A DNA stretch of 64,000 nt, from assembly GCA_963720755.1 (NCBI GenBank), contig CAVRGP010000011.1:224001-288000 (forward strand). Reading direction: 5' to 3'. The position numbers and the translations under genes are program-made. Shown here piece by piece: positions 1 to 10,009 of this stretch; the first letter of the stretch is position 1; each line of letters starts with the position of its first letter. The notes below the pieces were generated by a model that saw only the letters and a list, made by a program, of their open reading frames with translations, was not told the DNA's origin and did no database searches. Source of the DNA: an uncultured Chloroflexia bacterium. GTDB taxonomy: Bacteria; Chloroflexota; Limnocylindria; Limnocylindrales; CSP1-4.

Positions 1-88
1 GTCGTTCCTCGGCCAGGTCTTCGGGTTCCGGCCAGCCGACGATCTTGAGCCGCTGGTCCTCGTCGATCTCGAGGGCTCCGCGACCTAG
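1..88 (+). CDS. 3' end of an unidentified CDS (partial)
   Basis: Frame 2 is open from the window edge (SFLGQVFGFRPADDLEPLVLVDLEGSAT*) with GC3-rich codons and stops 3 nt before the next ATG. Confidence 0.45.
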   Translation, partial: SFLGQVFGFRPADDLEPLVLVDLEGSAT

Positions 89-91
89 CCG

Positions 92-1666
92 ATGGACGTC
101 AGCCCGATCGAGCTGGTCCTCGGACTGTTCGTAGTCGCGGTCGGACTCGCCTACCTGGCTCGCTGGATCGGCGTTGCCTATCCGATCCTCCTCGTCATCG
201 GTGGCCTGGTTCTCGCGTTCGTGCCCGGCGTACCGTCGATCGAGCTCGACCCGGACCTGGTCTTCCTGCTCCTCCTGCCGCCGATCCTGTTCGGGGCGGG
301 CTTCTCGACCCCGATCCGCGATCTCAGGGCCAACCTGCGCCCGATCATCCTGCTGGCGGTCGGCCTGGTCCTGTTCACCACCCTGGTCGTGGGTCTCGTC
401 GCCCAGATGCTCATCCCGGGGATCAACGTCGGGGCTGCGTTCGCGCTCGGGGCCATCGTCGCCCCGCCGGACGCCGTTGCGGCGACCTCGATCTTCCGCC
501 GCCTCGGGGCGCCGGCCAGGGTCGTCACGATCCTCGAAGGCGAAAGCCTGATCAACGATGCCTCGGCGTTGATCGCATATCGCTTCGCCGTGGTCGCCGC
601 GCTCACCGGGTTCTTCTCGTTGCAGGAGGCCGCCGTCGCCTTCTTCGTGGTCGGACTCGGCGGTATCGCGGTCGGCATCGTCGTCGGGTTCGTCCTGACC
701 GAGGGCTGGCGGCGGACCTCGGATCCGACTCTCGAGATCATGGTCTCGCTCCTCGCCCCCTTCGCCGCCTACCTGCCGGCCGAGGCGCTCGGCGTGAGCG
801 GCGTCCTCGCCGCCGTGGTCGCCGGTCTGATCGCCGGGCGACGTGCGGCTCGGGTCGTTTCCCCGGATGCGCGTGTTCTTGGTCGAGGCACGTGGGACAT
901 CGTGATCTTCATCATCAACACGCTTGCGTTCATGTTGATCGGCCTTCAGCTACCGACGATCCTGGCCGGTCTGTCCGCCTGGTCCGGTGGGGAGTTGCTG
1001 GCCTGGGGCGTGGCCATCAGTTTGACCGTGATCGTCGCACGGTTCGTGTGGGTCTTCCCCGCGACCTACCTGCCCCGATGGCTGAGTCCCAACCTCCGGG
1101 CGAGGGACCCGTCACCGTCGAGGCGTGCGGTCTTCGTCATCTCGTGGGCCGGTATGCGCGGGTCCGTGTCGCTCGCGGCGGCCCTCGCCCTGCCCCTGAC
1201 GCCAAAGGTCTTCCCGGAACGTGATCTGGTGATCTTCCTGACCTTCTGCGTCATCATCACGACACTTGTCGGCCAGGGCCTGACGCTGCCATGGTTCATG
1301 CGGCGCCTCGGCGTGACTGCCGCAACCGCGCCGGACACGGAGGAAGCGCACGCTCGTCTGGCGGCCGTCGAGGCAGCTCTGGACCGCCTCCGTGAGCTCG
1401 AAGTCGAGTATCCGGGCCACACCGAGCTGGTCGTCCAGCTCCGGGCGCGATACGAGCACGAAGCGAGTCACGTCTGGCCGCACCCGGACGGCCCGGTTGA
1501 CGAGGCCGAGCAGGAATTGCTCGACCATCTCGAGATCCGGACGGCCGTCCTCGACGCCGAGCGGGAGGCAGTCATCCGGCTCCGCGACGACGGGATCATC
1601 GGCGATGCGGTCCTCCATCGGATCGAGCGGGATCTCGACCTCGAAGCCCTTCGTTCCGGCGTCTGA
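92..1666 (+). CDS. Na+/H+ antiporter, CPA1 (NhaP/YjcE-like) family
   Basis: Many TM helices; motifs LLPPILF, PPDAVA, ILEGESLINDA, WAGMRG; C-terminal RIERDLDLE. Confidence 0.92.
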   Translation: MDVSPIELVLGLFVVAVGLAYLARWIGVAYPILLVIGGLVLAFVPGVPSIELDPDLVFLLLLPPILFGAGFSTPIRDLRANLRPIILLAVGLVLFTTLVVGLVAQMLIPGINVGAAFALGAIVAPPDAVAATSIFRRLGAPARVVTILEGESLINDASALIAYRFAVVAALTGFFSLQEAAVAFFVVGLGGIAVGIVVGFVLTEGWRRTSDPTLEIMVSLLAPFAAYLPAEALGVSGVLAAVVAGLIAGRRAARVVSPDARVLGRGTWDIVIFIINTLAFMLIGLQLPTILAGLSAWSGGELLAWGVAISLTVIVARFVWVFPATYLPRWLSPNLRARDPSPSRRAVFVISWAGMRGSVSLAAALALPLTPKVFPERDLVIFLTFCVIITTLVGQGLTLPWFMRRLGVTAATAPDTEEAHARLAAVEAALDRLRELEVEYPGHTELVVQLRARYEHEASHVWPHPDGPVDEAEQELLDHLEIRTAVLDAEREAVIRLRDDGIIGDAVLHRIERDLDLEALRSGV

Positions 1667-1696
1667 GTTCCTCGTGGCGTGCTAGCCTTGCGACCC

Positions 1697-2926
1697 ATGA
1701 GCATCGTCGACGCGGCCGAATACCTGTTCACCTCCGAATCGGTCACGGAGGGTCATCCCGACAAGATGTGCGACCAGATCTCGGACGCCATCCTCGACTC
1801 GATCATCCGCGATGATCCGAACGCCCGGGTCGCCTGCGAGGCGGCCACCACGACCGGCCTGGTGATGGTCCTCGGCGAGATCTCGACGACGACCTATATC
1901 GACCTCCAGGCGGTCGTCCGCGATACCGTTCGCGACATCGGCTACACCCGGGCGGATTACGGGTTCGACTACCTCACCTGCGGCACGCTCGTCTCGGTCA
2001 AGGAGCAGTCGCCGGATATCGCCCAGGGAGTCGATTCTGCGCTTGAGGTCAGGGACGACGCCGCGTCCGCCTTCGAGCTGGGCGCCGGCGACCAGGGGAT
2101 GATGTTCGGGTTCGCGTGTCGGGAGACGCCCGAGCTGATGCCGCTGCCGATCGCGCTCGCCCATCGGATGGCCCGCCGCCTCGCCGAAGTCCGCAAGTCC
2201 GGACAGCTGCCGTACCTCCGGCCGGACGGCAAGACCCAGGTCACCGTCGAGTACGCGTTCGGCGTCCCGAAGCGGGTGCGGACGGTGGTCGTGTCGGCCC
2301 AGCACGACCCCGACGTTCGGGCGGAGCAACTCCGCAAGGAGATCGTCGAGACGGTCATCCTGCCGACCATCCCCCAAGACCTGCGCGAGACGGACCCGAT
2401 CATGCATGTCAACCCGACCGGCCGCTTCGTGACCGGCGGGCCGATGGGCGACGCCGGCCTGACCGGGCGCAAGATCATCGTCGACAGCTATGGCGGGATG
2501 GCCCGTCACGGTGGTGGGGCGTTCTCGGGGAAGGACCCGACCAAGGTCGATCGATCGGCGGCGTATGCCGCCCGCTGGGTGGCCAAGAATGTGGTCGCGG
2601 CAGGGCTTGCCGATCGTTTCGAGGTCGAAGTCGCCTACGGGATCGGGATCGCCCGACCGATCAGCTTCACGGTCGATTCGTTCGGGACCGGACGGATCGA
2701 CGATGGCGCGATCCGAAAGATCATCGATCGCCACTTCGACCTGCGACCAGCATCGATCATCGCCGCGCTCGACCTGCGCCGGCCCATCTATCGCCAGACG
2801 GCCGCGTATGGCCACTTCGGGCGTCCCGACCTGGACTTGCCCTGGGAGCGAACCGACAAGGCGGCCCAGATGGCCGCTGAGGCCGGGCTCCCCGCGCCGA
2901 CCGTCGTGCACGCCTCCGCCGGCTAG
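1697..2926 (+). CDS. metK: S-adenosylmethionine synthetase
   Basis: [45 protein letters not shown]. Start placed at ATG 1697, after the -10-like TAGCCT. Confidence 0.98.
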   Translation: MSIVDAAEYLFTSESVTEGHPDKMCDQISDAILDSIIRDDPNARVACEAATTTGLVMVLGEISTTTYIDLQAVVRDTVRDIGYTRADYGFDYLTCGTLVSVKEQSPDIAQGVDSALEVRDDAASAFELGAGDQGMMFGFACRETPELMPLPIALAHRMARRLAEVRKSGQLPYLRPDGKTQVTVEYAFGVPKRVRTVVVSAQHDPDVRAEQLRKEIVETVILPTIPQDLRETDPIMHVNPTGRFVTGGPMGDAGLTGRKIIVDSYGGMARHGGGAFSGKDPTKVDRSAAYAARWVAKNVVAAGLADRFEVEVAYGIGIARPISFTVDSFGTGRIDDGAIRKIIDRHFDLRPASIIAALDLRRPIYRQTAAYGHFGRPDLDLPWERTDKAAQMAAEAGLPAPTVVHASAG

Positions 2927-2992
2927 GCGGACGGAGCCGGGCCGGCCGATCGACGTTTTCTGCGAGCCGTCGGCCCGTAGACTAGATATCGC

Positions 2993-4057
2993 ATGTACGC
3001 CGTGATCATGGCCGGGGGCGGCGGGACCCGGTTGCATCCGCTCAGCCGTCCCGAGCGCCCCAAGCCCTTCCTGCCCCTGCTCGGCGACCGGTCGCTCCTG
3101 CAGGACACGGTCGCCCGCGTCCTCGACCTGACGGACGACGTGACGGTCGTCACCGACCGGCGCTATGAGCAGCTCGTTCGGGATCAGGTCCCGGTCGCCG
3201 GTGTCGTGCTCGAACCGCAAGGACGGAACACGGCCGCCGCGATCACCCTGGCGACCCTGGCCATCGACCGGCCCGAGGATGACGTGATGGTCGTCCTTCC
3301 GGCCGATCAGACGATCGAGCGGGCGGATGTCTATCGAGCCATCATCCGCAGCGCCGCCGATCACCTGGCGACGGGGGCGTTCGGCATCGAGGCGCCCCTC
3401 GTGACCCTTGGCATCACCGTGGATCGCGCGGCCACGGAATACGGCTATCTGGTCCCGGACCTCGCCCGCGGCGCGGATATCGATGGGTGCCGTGCGTATC
3501 CGCTGACCCGCTTCGAGGAGAAGCCCAAGCCGTCTCGCGCGGATGCGCTGGCCGGCCAGGAGGGTGTGGCCTGGAATGCCGGGATCTTCCTGTGGCGCCG
3601 GTCGACGATCCGGGCCGCTCTGGGCCGGTACACCGGGCTGCTCCAGTCGCTCGGACCGATGATCGGGTCGCCGACATCGTTGCAGCACGCGTATGAGGCC
3701 ATCCAGCGGCCCGTGTCGATCGACTACGCGGTGATGGAGGGCGCCGCCCAGAGCGGGCAGGTCGTGATGGCCGCGATGGATGTCGGATGGTCGGATCTTG
3801 GCTCCTGGTCGTCCCTCATGGCTGCCCTGGGGGTATCGGGGACGGGGTCTGTGGTCCAGCCCGGTGAGACCGTTTCGGTCGACGATGACGATCTGATCGT
3901 GCGCCGCGTCGGGGGCCGGCTCGGCGTGATCGCGCCGATCGAGCCCGGTAGCATGACCGCGACCCAGCCACTCGCCCATCTCCGTGGTGCGGGGCCCGAC
4001 CGCCAGATCATCGAACGACTCCTGGAGCGTTGCAGCGCAGCGGAGGGAACGACGTGA
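2993..4057 (+). CDS. manC: Mannose-1-phosphate guanylyltransferase (no C-terminal cupin domain)
   Basis: IMAGGGGTRLHPLSRPERPKPF, EPQGRNTA, EYGY, FEEKP, WNAGIF, SIDYAVME, WSDLGSW. Confidence 0.9.
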   Translation: MYAVIMAGGGGTRLHPLSRPERPKPFLPLLGDRSLLQDTVARVLDLTDDVTVVTDRRYEQLVRDQVPVAGVVLEPQGRNTAAAITLATLAIDRPEDDVMVVLPADQTIERADVYRAIIRSAADHLATGAFGIEAPLVTLGITVDRAATEYGYLVPDLARGADIDGCRAYPLTRFEEKPKPSRADALAGQEGVAWNAGIFLWRRSTIRAALGRYTGLLQSLGPMIGSPTSLQHAYEAIQRPVSIDYAVMEGAAQSGQVVMAAMDVGWSDLGSWSSLMAALGVSGTGSVVQPGETVSVDDDDLIVRRVGGRLGVIAPIEPGSMTATQPLAHLRGAGPDRQIIERLLERCSAAEGTT

Positions 4058-5532
4058 CGCTCACCGGCCGACCGCCCACCCCGACGACGATCACGTTCGG
4101 GACGGACGGCTGGCGCGCCCGGATCGCCGACGAATTCACCTACGAGAATGTTCGGCGCTGCGCCGAAGGGGTTGCGGCCTACGTGGTCGGGCGCGGAGAG
4201 ATGGCCAAGGGGGTCGTCATCGCGTACGACCGACGTTTCTCGTCCGAGTATTTCGCGATGGCAGCGGCCGAGGTCCTGCTCGCCCACGACATCCCGGTCG
4301 CCTTCGGGATCCATGCTGTCCCGACCCAGATGTGCTCGTACGAGGTCGTCCAGCGTGGGGCCGCCGCCGGGATCGTCATCACCGCCAGCCACAACCCCTG
4401 GGTCGACAACGGGTTCAAGGTCAAGGCCCCGACCGGAGCCGCCGCCGGCGCGGACATCCTGGGAGCCATCGAAACCCGGCTGGCGGTCAATGGGGGCATC
4501 GGGATCGACCGCCGGCCGTTCGCGGACGCTGAAGCGGCCGGCCTGGTCGAACGCTTCGACCCGTTCGAAGGCTACGAGCGGTTCGTTCGCCGGACACTCG
4601 ACGTGGATGCGCTCAGGGCGGCCGACGTTTCGATCCTGGTCGATCCGATGTGGGGAGCCGGAGCCGGTTGGATCTCGCGCCTCCTGGCCGGTGGCCGGAT
4701 CCGGGTCGACGAGATCCACCAGGAGCGCAACCCGTACTTCGGCGGGGTCAACCCGGAACCGATCCGACCGAACATCGACGAAGCGCTCGGCCGGCTGGCG
4801 GGTGGGGGATACGACCTCGGTCTGTTCCTCGACGGCGACGCCGACCGGGCCGGCGCCGGCGACGAACGCGGGACGTTCATCCACCAGCTCCAGGTGACCG
4901 GTCTGCTGATGTACTACCTCGCCGAACATCGGGGCTTGCGGGACCCGGTCGTGATCAGCGTCAACAACACGTCGATGGCCGCCCGTCTCGGCGAGCGATA
5001 TGGGATCACCACCCACGAGACCCCGGTCGGATTCAAGTTCATCGGCCCGAAGATGATCGAGACCGAGGCGATGATGGGGGCCGAGGAGTCGGGCGGGTTC
5101 GGGTTCGGGATGCATCTCCCGGAGCGCGATGGCGTCTATGCCGACCTGATGCTGCTCGATCTCTTCCTGCGTGAGCGGGCCGCCGGGCGGTGGCCGGTGT
5201 CCAGCGCCATCGAGGCGTTCCACGCGATCGCCGGCCCGTCGTTCTACCTTCGGATCGACGTGCATGTCGAGCGCGCCGAGTACGCGGAGACCAAGCGGCG
5301 ATTGCTGGTCGATCTGGCGGCCGAGTCACCGGTCGATCTGGCCGGCGATGCCGTCGTCCGGACGGTGGCCCTCGAAACGGGCGATGGGTTCAAGTTCTTC
5401 CTGGCTGATGGATCGTGGCTGCTCATCCGCGCATCCGGGACCGAACCGCTCGTTCGCGTCTACACCGAAGCGACGTCGGCTGGACTCCGGGACGCGTTGC
5501 TCGCGGCCGGCGAACGTCTGGTGCGCGGCTGA
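4054..5532 (+). CDS. Phosphoglucomutase/phosphomannomutase
   Basis: FGTDGWR, TASHNP (phosphoserine), DGDADR, EESGG, RASGTEP; GTGA overlap with manC. Confidence 0.93.
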   Translation: MTLTGRPPTPTTITFGTDGWRARIADEFTYENVRRCAEGVAAYVVGRGEMAKGVVIAYDRRFSSEYFAMAAAEVLLAHDIPVAFGIHAVPTQMCSYEVVQRGAAAGIVITASHNPWVDNGFKVKAPTGAAAGADILGAIETRLAVNGGIGIDRRPFADAEAAGLVERFDPFEGYERFVRRTLDVDALRAADVSILVDPMWGAGAGWISRLLAGGRIRVDEIHQERNPYFGGVNPEPIRPNIDEALGRLAGGGYDLGLFLDGDADRAGAGDERGTFIHQLQVTGLLMYYLAEHRGLRDPVVISVNNTSMAARLGERYGITTHETPVGFKFIGPKMIETEAMMGAEESGGFGFGMHLPERDGVYADLMLLDLFLRERAAGRWPVSSAIEAFHAIAGPSFYLRIDVHVERAEYAETKRRLLVDLAAESPVDLAGDAVVRTVALETGDGFKFFLADGSWLLIRASGTEPLVRVYTEATSAGLRDALLAAGERLVRG

Positions 5533-5909
5533 TGGGTGATCCGCTGCACGGATCCCGGCGGGTCGACAAGCCCTGGGGCCACGAGCTCATCTGGGCCCAC
5601 ACGGATCGCTACGTCGGCAAGATCCTGGTCATCGAGGCCGGACGTCGCCTGTCGCTCCAGCGCCATGTGGTCAAGGACGAGTCGATCCTCGTCAACGCGG
5701 GACGCCTGCGGCTGTACCTCGAGGACGAGTTCGGCGCGATCCAGGTCGAGGAGCTCGGCGTCGGTGAGCACCGTCACGTGCCGACCGGTCGGATCCACCG
5801 ATATGAGGCGATCGAACGGACCGAGCTGATCGAAGTATCGACGCCGGAACTCGACGACGTGGTCCGACTCGAGGACGACTTCGGACGCGAAGGTACCAGC
5901 GCTCCATGA
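5532..5909 (+). CDS. Cupin protein resembling the type II mannose-6-phosphate isomerase domain
   Basis: VDKPWGHE, LSLQRH..KDES, IHR, EVSTPELDDVVRLEDDFGR; TGATG overlap with the mutase gene. Confidence 0.8.
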   Translation: MGDPLHGSRRVDKPWGHELIWAHTDRYVGKILVIEAGRRLSLQRHVVKDESILVNAGRLRLYLEDEFGAIQVEELGVGEHRHVPTGRIHRYEAIERTELIEVSTPELDDVVRLEDDFGREGTSAP

Positions 5910-6052
5910 CCGCCCGATAGGCCGATTTCGCCCGGTCCGAGTCGTACCGGCGGGTGTACCCTTGGGAGGACGCGACCGTCCTCACCGGTCGAGGTGCTGA
6001 CCGGACGGCGGCCCCGCGAGCGCCCGATACGGGCGATGGAGGTAGCGCTGCG

Positions 6053-6328
6053 ATGCACAGCTCTCTGATCGGCAAGGTCGAGAAGGCGAATCGCTACGCC
6101 CGCGAGCTCGATCGGATCACGATCGACCGAGTCTCACTCACGTTCCGTGGCGACAACGACACCCATCACATCGGGCTCGACGCCGGTCAGTGGCGATGCA
6201 CCTGCCACTACTTCGAGAGCTGGGGATCGTGCGTCCACCTCCTGACCCTCCAGAAGGTCTTCGGGGTGATGCTGCCCGAGGATGCCCAGGTGTCGATCTT
6301 CGCGGCTGCGGAGCCGATCGCGACCTAG
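6053..6328 (+). CDS. Small SWIM zinc-finger protein
   Basis: CTC-x7-CVH (CxC...CxH) motif; SD GGAGGT at 6038-6043. Confidence 0.75.
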   Translation: MHSSLIGKVEKANRYARELDRITIDRVSLTFRGDNDTHHIGLDAGQWRCTCHYFESWGSCVHLLTLQKVFGVMLPEDAQVSIFAAAEPIAT

Positions 6329-6335
6329 ATCCGGC

Positions 6336-7322
6336 TTATCGGCCGCGACGCCACGCGACCACCGCCCCGCGGGCGGGGCCGATCTCGGGTGTCGCGATGC
6401 GGCGCCACCCGGACGCCGCGTCGTGGACCGCCAGCGAGACTGACCCGTCCGTGGACGACCAGGCGATGGCGACTCGCTGGCCGTCGTCGTCGAGCGCGAG
6501 CGCGATCGCGGTCGAGCCCTTGTCCGGTGGGTCGATCGAGGCGAGCGACGAACCGTCGCTATCGAGCCAGCCGGTCGTGTCGTGGATGACGACCGGGGCT
6601 CCGCGACCGGCCATCGTCGCGACACGCTGACCGTTCGCCGATGCCGCCAGCAGACGTGACCCGTCGGGGCCGTCCGTCAGCCCACCGCCGGTGGTGGCCA
6701 GGATCACCGACGAGGGAGCCGAGCTATCGCCCGTCACGACGACGATGCGCTCGCTTCCGATCCAGGTCGGCGGCGCCGCCAGCACCGACCGGTCGATGGC
6801 GATCTCCAACGCCGTCCGCGAAGTCGGGTCGGTCACGGTGACGTGAACCCCGTTGCCGCTCGCCAGGTCGCCATCGAGCGTCGCGTACCGGCCCCCACCC
6901 GGGTCCCAGGTCGCGAAGTAGGCCGTCGTCGGGACGGGCACCCCGTCCGGGCCGACCGCCTGGACCGTTCGCCAGTCGAGGGTCGCACCGAGGCGTACGG
7001 GGTCGCTGGTCGCGACAGACCCATCGGCCAGCGTCGCGGCGAGGACATCCGCCCGCCCCGTCGCGATCCACGTCGTGTCGCCGTCGGGCAGGGCGATCGG
7101 GGTCGGACTGCCGGGATCGGTCGCCCAGCCGAGAAGGTGGACCCCGTCAGGCCCCGCGACCAGGGCGACCAGCCCGTTCGGCGTGGCCGCGGCGGCCGGC
7201 CCCGATCCAGCGCAGGCCGCGAGCAGCCCCACCAGCCCGATGAACGCGGCCAGCCGGGCGGCGGTCGGCGGGACGCCTCGCATTCGAGTCGCGGAACGGT
7301 GTCGCTCGGCAGGGCGTGGCAT
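6336..7322 (-). CDS. Putative lipoprotein, possibly beta-propeller (TolB/WD40-like)
   Basis: Hydrophobic stretch followed by lipobox LAAC; repeated W-D/S-x-x-G and ANGQRVA/DDGQRVA blade-like segments. Start uncertain (7322 or 7283). Confidence 0.6.
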   Translation of the reverse strand: MPRPAERHRSATRMRGVPPTAARLAAFIGLVGLLAACAGSGPAAAATPNGLVALVAGPDGVHLLGWATDPGSPTPIALPDGDTTWIATGRADVLAATLADGSVATSDPVRLGATLDWRTVQAVGPDGVPVPTTAYFATWDPGGGRYATLDGDLASGNGVHVTVTDPTSRTALEIAIDRSVLAAPPTWIGSERIVVVTGDSSAPSSVILATTGGGLTDGPDGSRLLAASANGQRVATMAGRGAPVVIHDTTGWLDSDGSSLASIDPPDKGSTAIALALDDDGQRVAIAWSSTDGSVSLAVHDAASGWRRIATPEIGPARGAVVAWRRGR

Positions 7323-7356
7323 CGGCGAGCCAAGTGTGCCATGCGAAACCGCGTCG

Positions 7357-7896
7357 TCACGGGACGGTGAGCCCCCAGTAGTAGGCGGCCGAGCCGAGGT
7401 CGTCGGTGAATCGGACGGCCACCTGGACGGACCAGGAGCCGGACTCGGGGGCCGGGAACGAGACGACGTCCGTGCCGCTCCCGAGTCCGATGGCCCCGGT
7501 TCCATCCGAGGTTCCCGCCACGACTCGGCTGACCGTCCACGTGTCGACCGTCACACCCGCGCCGATGGTCACGGTCATCGGTTCGCCGACCGCCGCCTTG
7601 ATCGGGGTCCCGGGCAGCCAGGGGCTGTCCGAGCCGCCGCCCTGCCAGGTGTACGAGCCCAGCTGGCCGACCACCGGATCACCACCCTCGACCGCCAGCG
7701 ACGCTTCGGGCGGGACGCCAGGGACCGAGACCGACGGCGGGGGAGCCGTCGGCCGGCCGGTCGATGTCGGGGAAGCCGCCAGGTTCACGGCAGGCGTCGC
7801 CGCCGCCGGCGTTGCCGGCTGCCCGGCACAGGCACCCCCCGACAGGGCAAGCACGAGGATCGCCGGCCACGCGCGACGAACGAACGGGATGTGCAC
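7357..7896 (-). CDS. Putative lipoprotein with Pro/Thr/Ala-rich linker and a small beta-rich domain
   Basis: Signal peptide ending GGAC; SD GAGGAG; host-like codon usage. Confidence 0.65.
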   Translation of the reverse strand: MHIPFVRRAWPAILVLALSGGACAGQPATPAAATPAVNLAASPTSTGRPTAPPPSVSVPGVPPEASLAVEGGDPVVGQLGSYTWQGGGSDSPWLPGTPIKAAVGEPMTVTIGAGVTVDTWTVSRVVAGTSDGTGAIGLGSGTDVVSFPAPESGSWSVQVAVRFTDDLGSAAYYWGLTVP

Positions 7897-7913
7897 GGGT
7901 AGGACTCCTCAGC

Positions 7914-8984
7914 TCAGATGCAGACGACATCGATGCCGCCAGTCGGGGCAAGCGCCCGACAGGCGTTCACGGAGACCCGGATCACGGGTGACGTGGATCC
8001 GGTCAGGCCCTCGCTGGCGGGCGTCTTGAACGTGACCCGATATTCCATGTCCGAGTTCAGCTTCTGGGTCGCGGTGTACGTCCCCGCGGCCGTCCCGGCG
8101 ACCATCGCGCCGACCGTCGTCCACGCCCCGGTCCCCGGGGTCCGGCGCTGCAGGATGACGGTTCGCCCGCTGACCGGGTTACCTCCCAGGCGACCGTAGC
8201 CATCGAGGTCCACGACCCGGAGGGTCCCGGTGATGGTCGCCGATCCGCCCATCAGAACGACGGTCGGTGACGCGGCGACGGACAGGACGGTCGACAGCGC
8301 CTGGCACGTCGAGTAGGCGGCCGTCCAGCTCACCATGTCGTATTGCCGCTGCAGCGTCGCCACGTCGCAGGCACCGAATCGATGGGCGTTCCAGCCGGCG
8401 GACGGCTTCGTCCGGGAGAAGGTCTGCACCACCGCATCCTCGTAGTCCGAGCCAGAGGCGAAGTTGACGTGGTGGTCGAGGCCCTCCACGTGTCCGAATT
8501 CATCGAGCGCGATCGTCTCGACGTCGTAGCAGCCGTTCGGCGCGGTCGCAGACGCCTGGCACCAGCGAAGCGTCCCCCAATCGAAGACGTGACCCTGTTC
8601 GCGCAGCCACATGGTGAACCCGCCGGGGGCGCTTCGCGTGAAACAGGCGAGACCGTTGACCCCGCAAGTCGCGCCGGCCCCGTACCCGATCGGATTGGAT
8701 CCCGCTGAGTCGTAGGTGAAGGTCGCGGCCCTGGAGCCTCGCGTGGCGTTGACGTCGGCCGCCGCGGCCTTGATCGCCGTCTTGATCGCGCCGGTCGGTT
8801 CCGAACCGCTCCGCCAGGAGAACCGGAGATCCTGGTACTGACCGAACGACGCACCGCCGAGGTTCGGGTCGGGTCCGTGGGCGCTCGCCGAGCCTGTCAT
8901 GAGCGCGACGATCATGGCTATCGTCGCGATGCGGATGGACGACCGGGCGCGATGACCGGGCCGTCCGGATCGGGCGGTTCTCAT
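7914..8984 (-). CDS. Secreted metzincin/matrixin-like protein with variant DExxHxxGxxH motif and C-terminal Ig-like region
   Basis: Signal peptide ending ASA-H; ETIALDEFGHVEGLDH; several Cys; ATGA overlap with the upstream gene. Confidence 0.65.
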   Translation of the reverse strand: MRTARSGRPGHRARSSIRIATIAMIVALMTGSASAHGPDPNLGGASFGQYQDLRFSWRSGSEPTGAIKTAIKAAAADVNATRGSRAATFTYDSAGSNPIGYGAGATCGVNGLACFTRSAPGGFTMWLREQGHVFDWGTLRWCQASATAPNGCYDVETIALDEFGHVEGLDHHVNFASGSDYEDAVVQTFSRTKPSAGWNAHRFGACDVATLQRQYDMVSWTAAYSTCQALSTVLSVAASPTVVLMGGSATITGTLRVVDLDGYGRLGGNPVSGRTVILQRRTPGTGAWTTVGAMVAGTAAGTYTATQKLNSDMEYRVTFKTPASEGLTGSTSPVIRVSVNACRALAPTGGIDVVCI

Positions 8985-10009
8985 CGCTGCACCTCTTCGA
9001 GTGGAGCCCCGATACCGGGACCTTCGGGCAGCGGGCCGAGATCGTGCGTCTGGCCGCCGGACAGGTCGACCGAGCGGAGCCTGCGCCCGGCGGCCGACTC
9101 CAGCGCGTAAACGAGATGTCGGTCATCGGCCGGGCCGCTCAGGATCGCGCTGCCGGCCGCGGTGGCCAGGATCGCTCGACCACCCGACCGGATGTCCGTG
9201 GCGATGATCGGACAGGGCAGGCCGCGACAAGCGGCATACGTCACGATCCGCTCCCGATCGAGTCCGACGAGGGGGCCGAGATCGGGCCGGTCGACCATCG
9301 CGACGGTCCCGTTCCCCGGGGACAGGATCCGAGTGCGGCAGGCGGATTCACCGCACGACTGGATGGCGAGGCGATCACCCGAGGCGTCCCACATGAATTC
9401 TGTCGACCATGTCCGGCCGAAGCGTTCATCCGGTTCCACCGGGTCGAGGATGCGCCGTGCCGGACCGGACCGGCCGATCGGACGGAACCAGATCCCGAGG
9501 TCCTCCCGCGACGCGCGATCCACCAGCATCTCGATGACCCCGGACCGGGACCGATCGAGCGTGGCGCGTCGGACGACCGCCGTCGAGCCGTCGATGGACC
9601 AGCGGCAGGCCATGTCGACGTCCACGAGGTCGATCGTCGAGGTGGAGCCGTCGTCCGTGCCGATGAGGACGGTCGAGCCGAACGGACCCGCGGCGAACAA
9701 TTCGGCCGGCAGCTCGATGGTCTGGATCGTCGACGAGGTGACGGATCGAAGGTCGAGGCGCTGACCGCGGAGCGAGCCGCCCTCGTCGAGGACCGGCTCG
9801 AGTCGGAACCACGGGCCGATGCCAGGCGGGGCGGGGCGAGGATCTGTCGCTTCTGCCGCGATCTCGGATACGGGCGGGGTCCCGGCGCACGGCGCGGCCG
9901 CCCACGTTCGTGTGGCCGCGGCGCCGGCGGTCGTCGCAGCGACAATTCCGAAGCCGCCGAGGGCGATCAGGCCAGGCCCGATCCATCGCAACCATCGAAT
10001 CTCCACCAT
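8981..10009 (-). CDS. Secreted or membrane-anchored hypothetical protein with Cys pairs, possibly beta-propeller
   Basis: N-terminal hydrophobic segment; WDASGDRLAIQSCGESAC and ACRGLPC; SD GGAGGAGG 9 nt before ATG 10009. Confidence 0.6.
   Translation of the reverse strand: MVEIRWLRWIGPGLIALGGFGIVAATTAGAAATRTWAAAPCAGTPPVSEIAAEATDPRPAPPGIGPWFRLEPVLDEGGSLRGQRLDLRSVTSSTIQTIELPAELFAAGPFGSTVLIGTDDGSTSTIDLVDVDMACRWSIDGSTAVVRRATLDRSRSGVIEMLVDRASREDLGIWFRPIGRSGPARRILDPVEPDERFGRTWSTEFMWDASGDRLAIQSCGESACRTRILSPGNGTVAMVDRPDLGPLVGLDRERIVTYAACRGLPCPIIATDIRSGGRAILATAAGSAILSGPADDRHLVYALESAAGRRLRSVDLSGGQTHDLGPLPEGPGIGAPLEEVQR

Noticed and set aside
1667-1696. SAM riboswitch upstream of metK
   Set aside because: The gap is only about 30 nt and holds just a -10 box.
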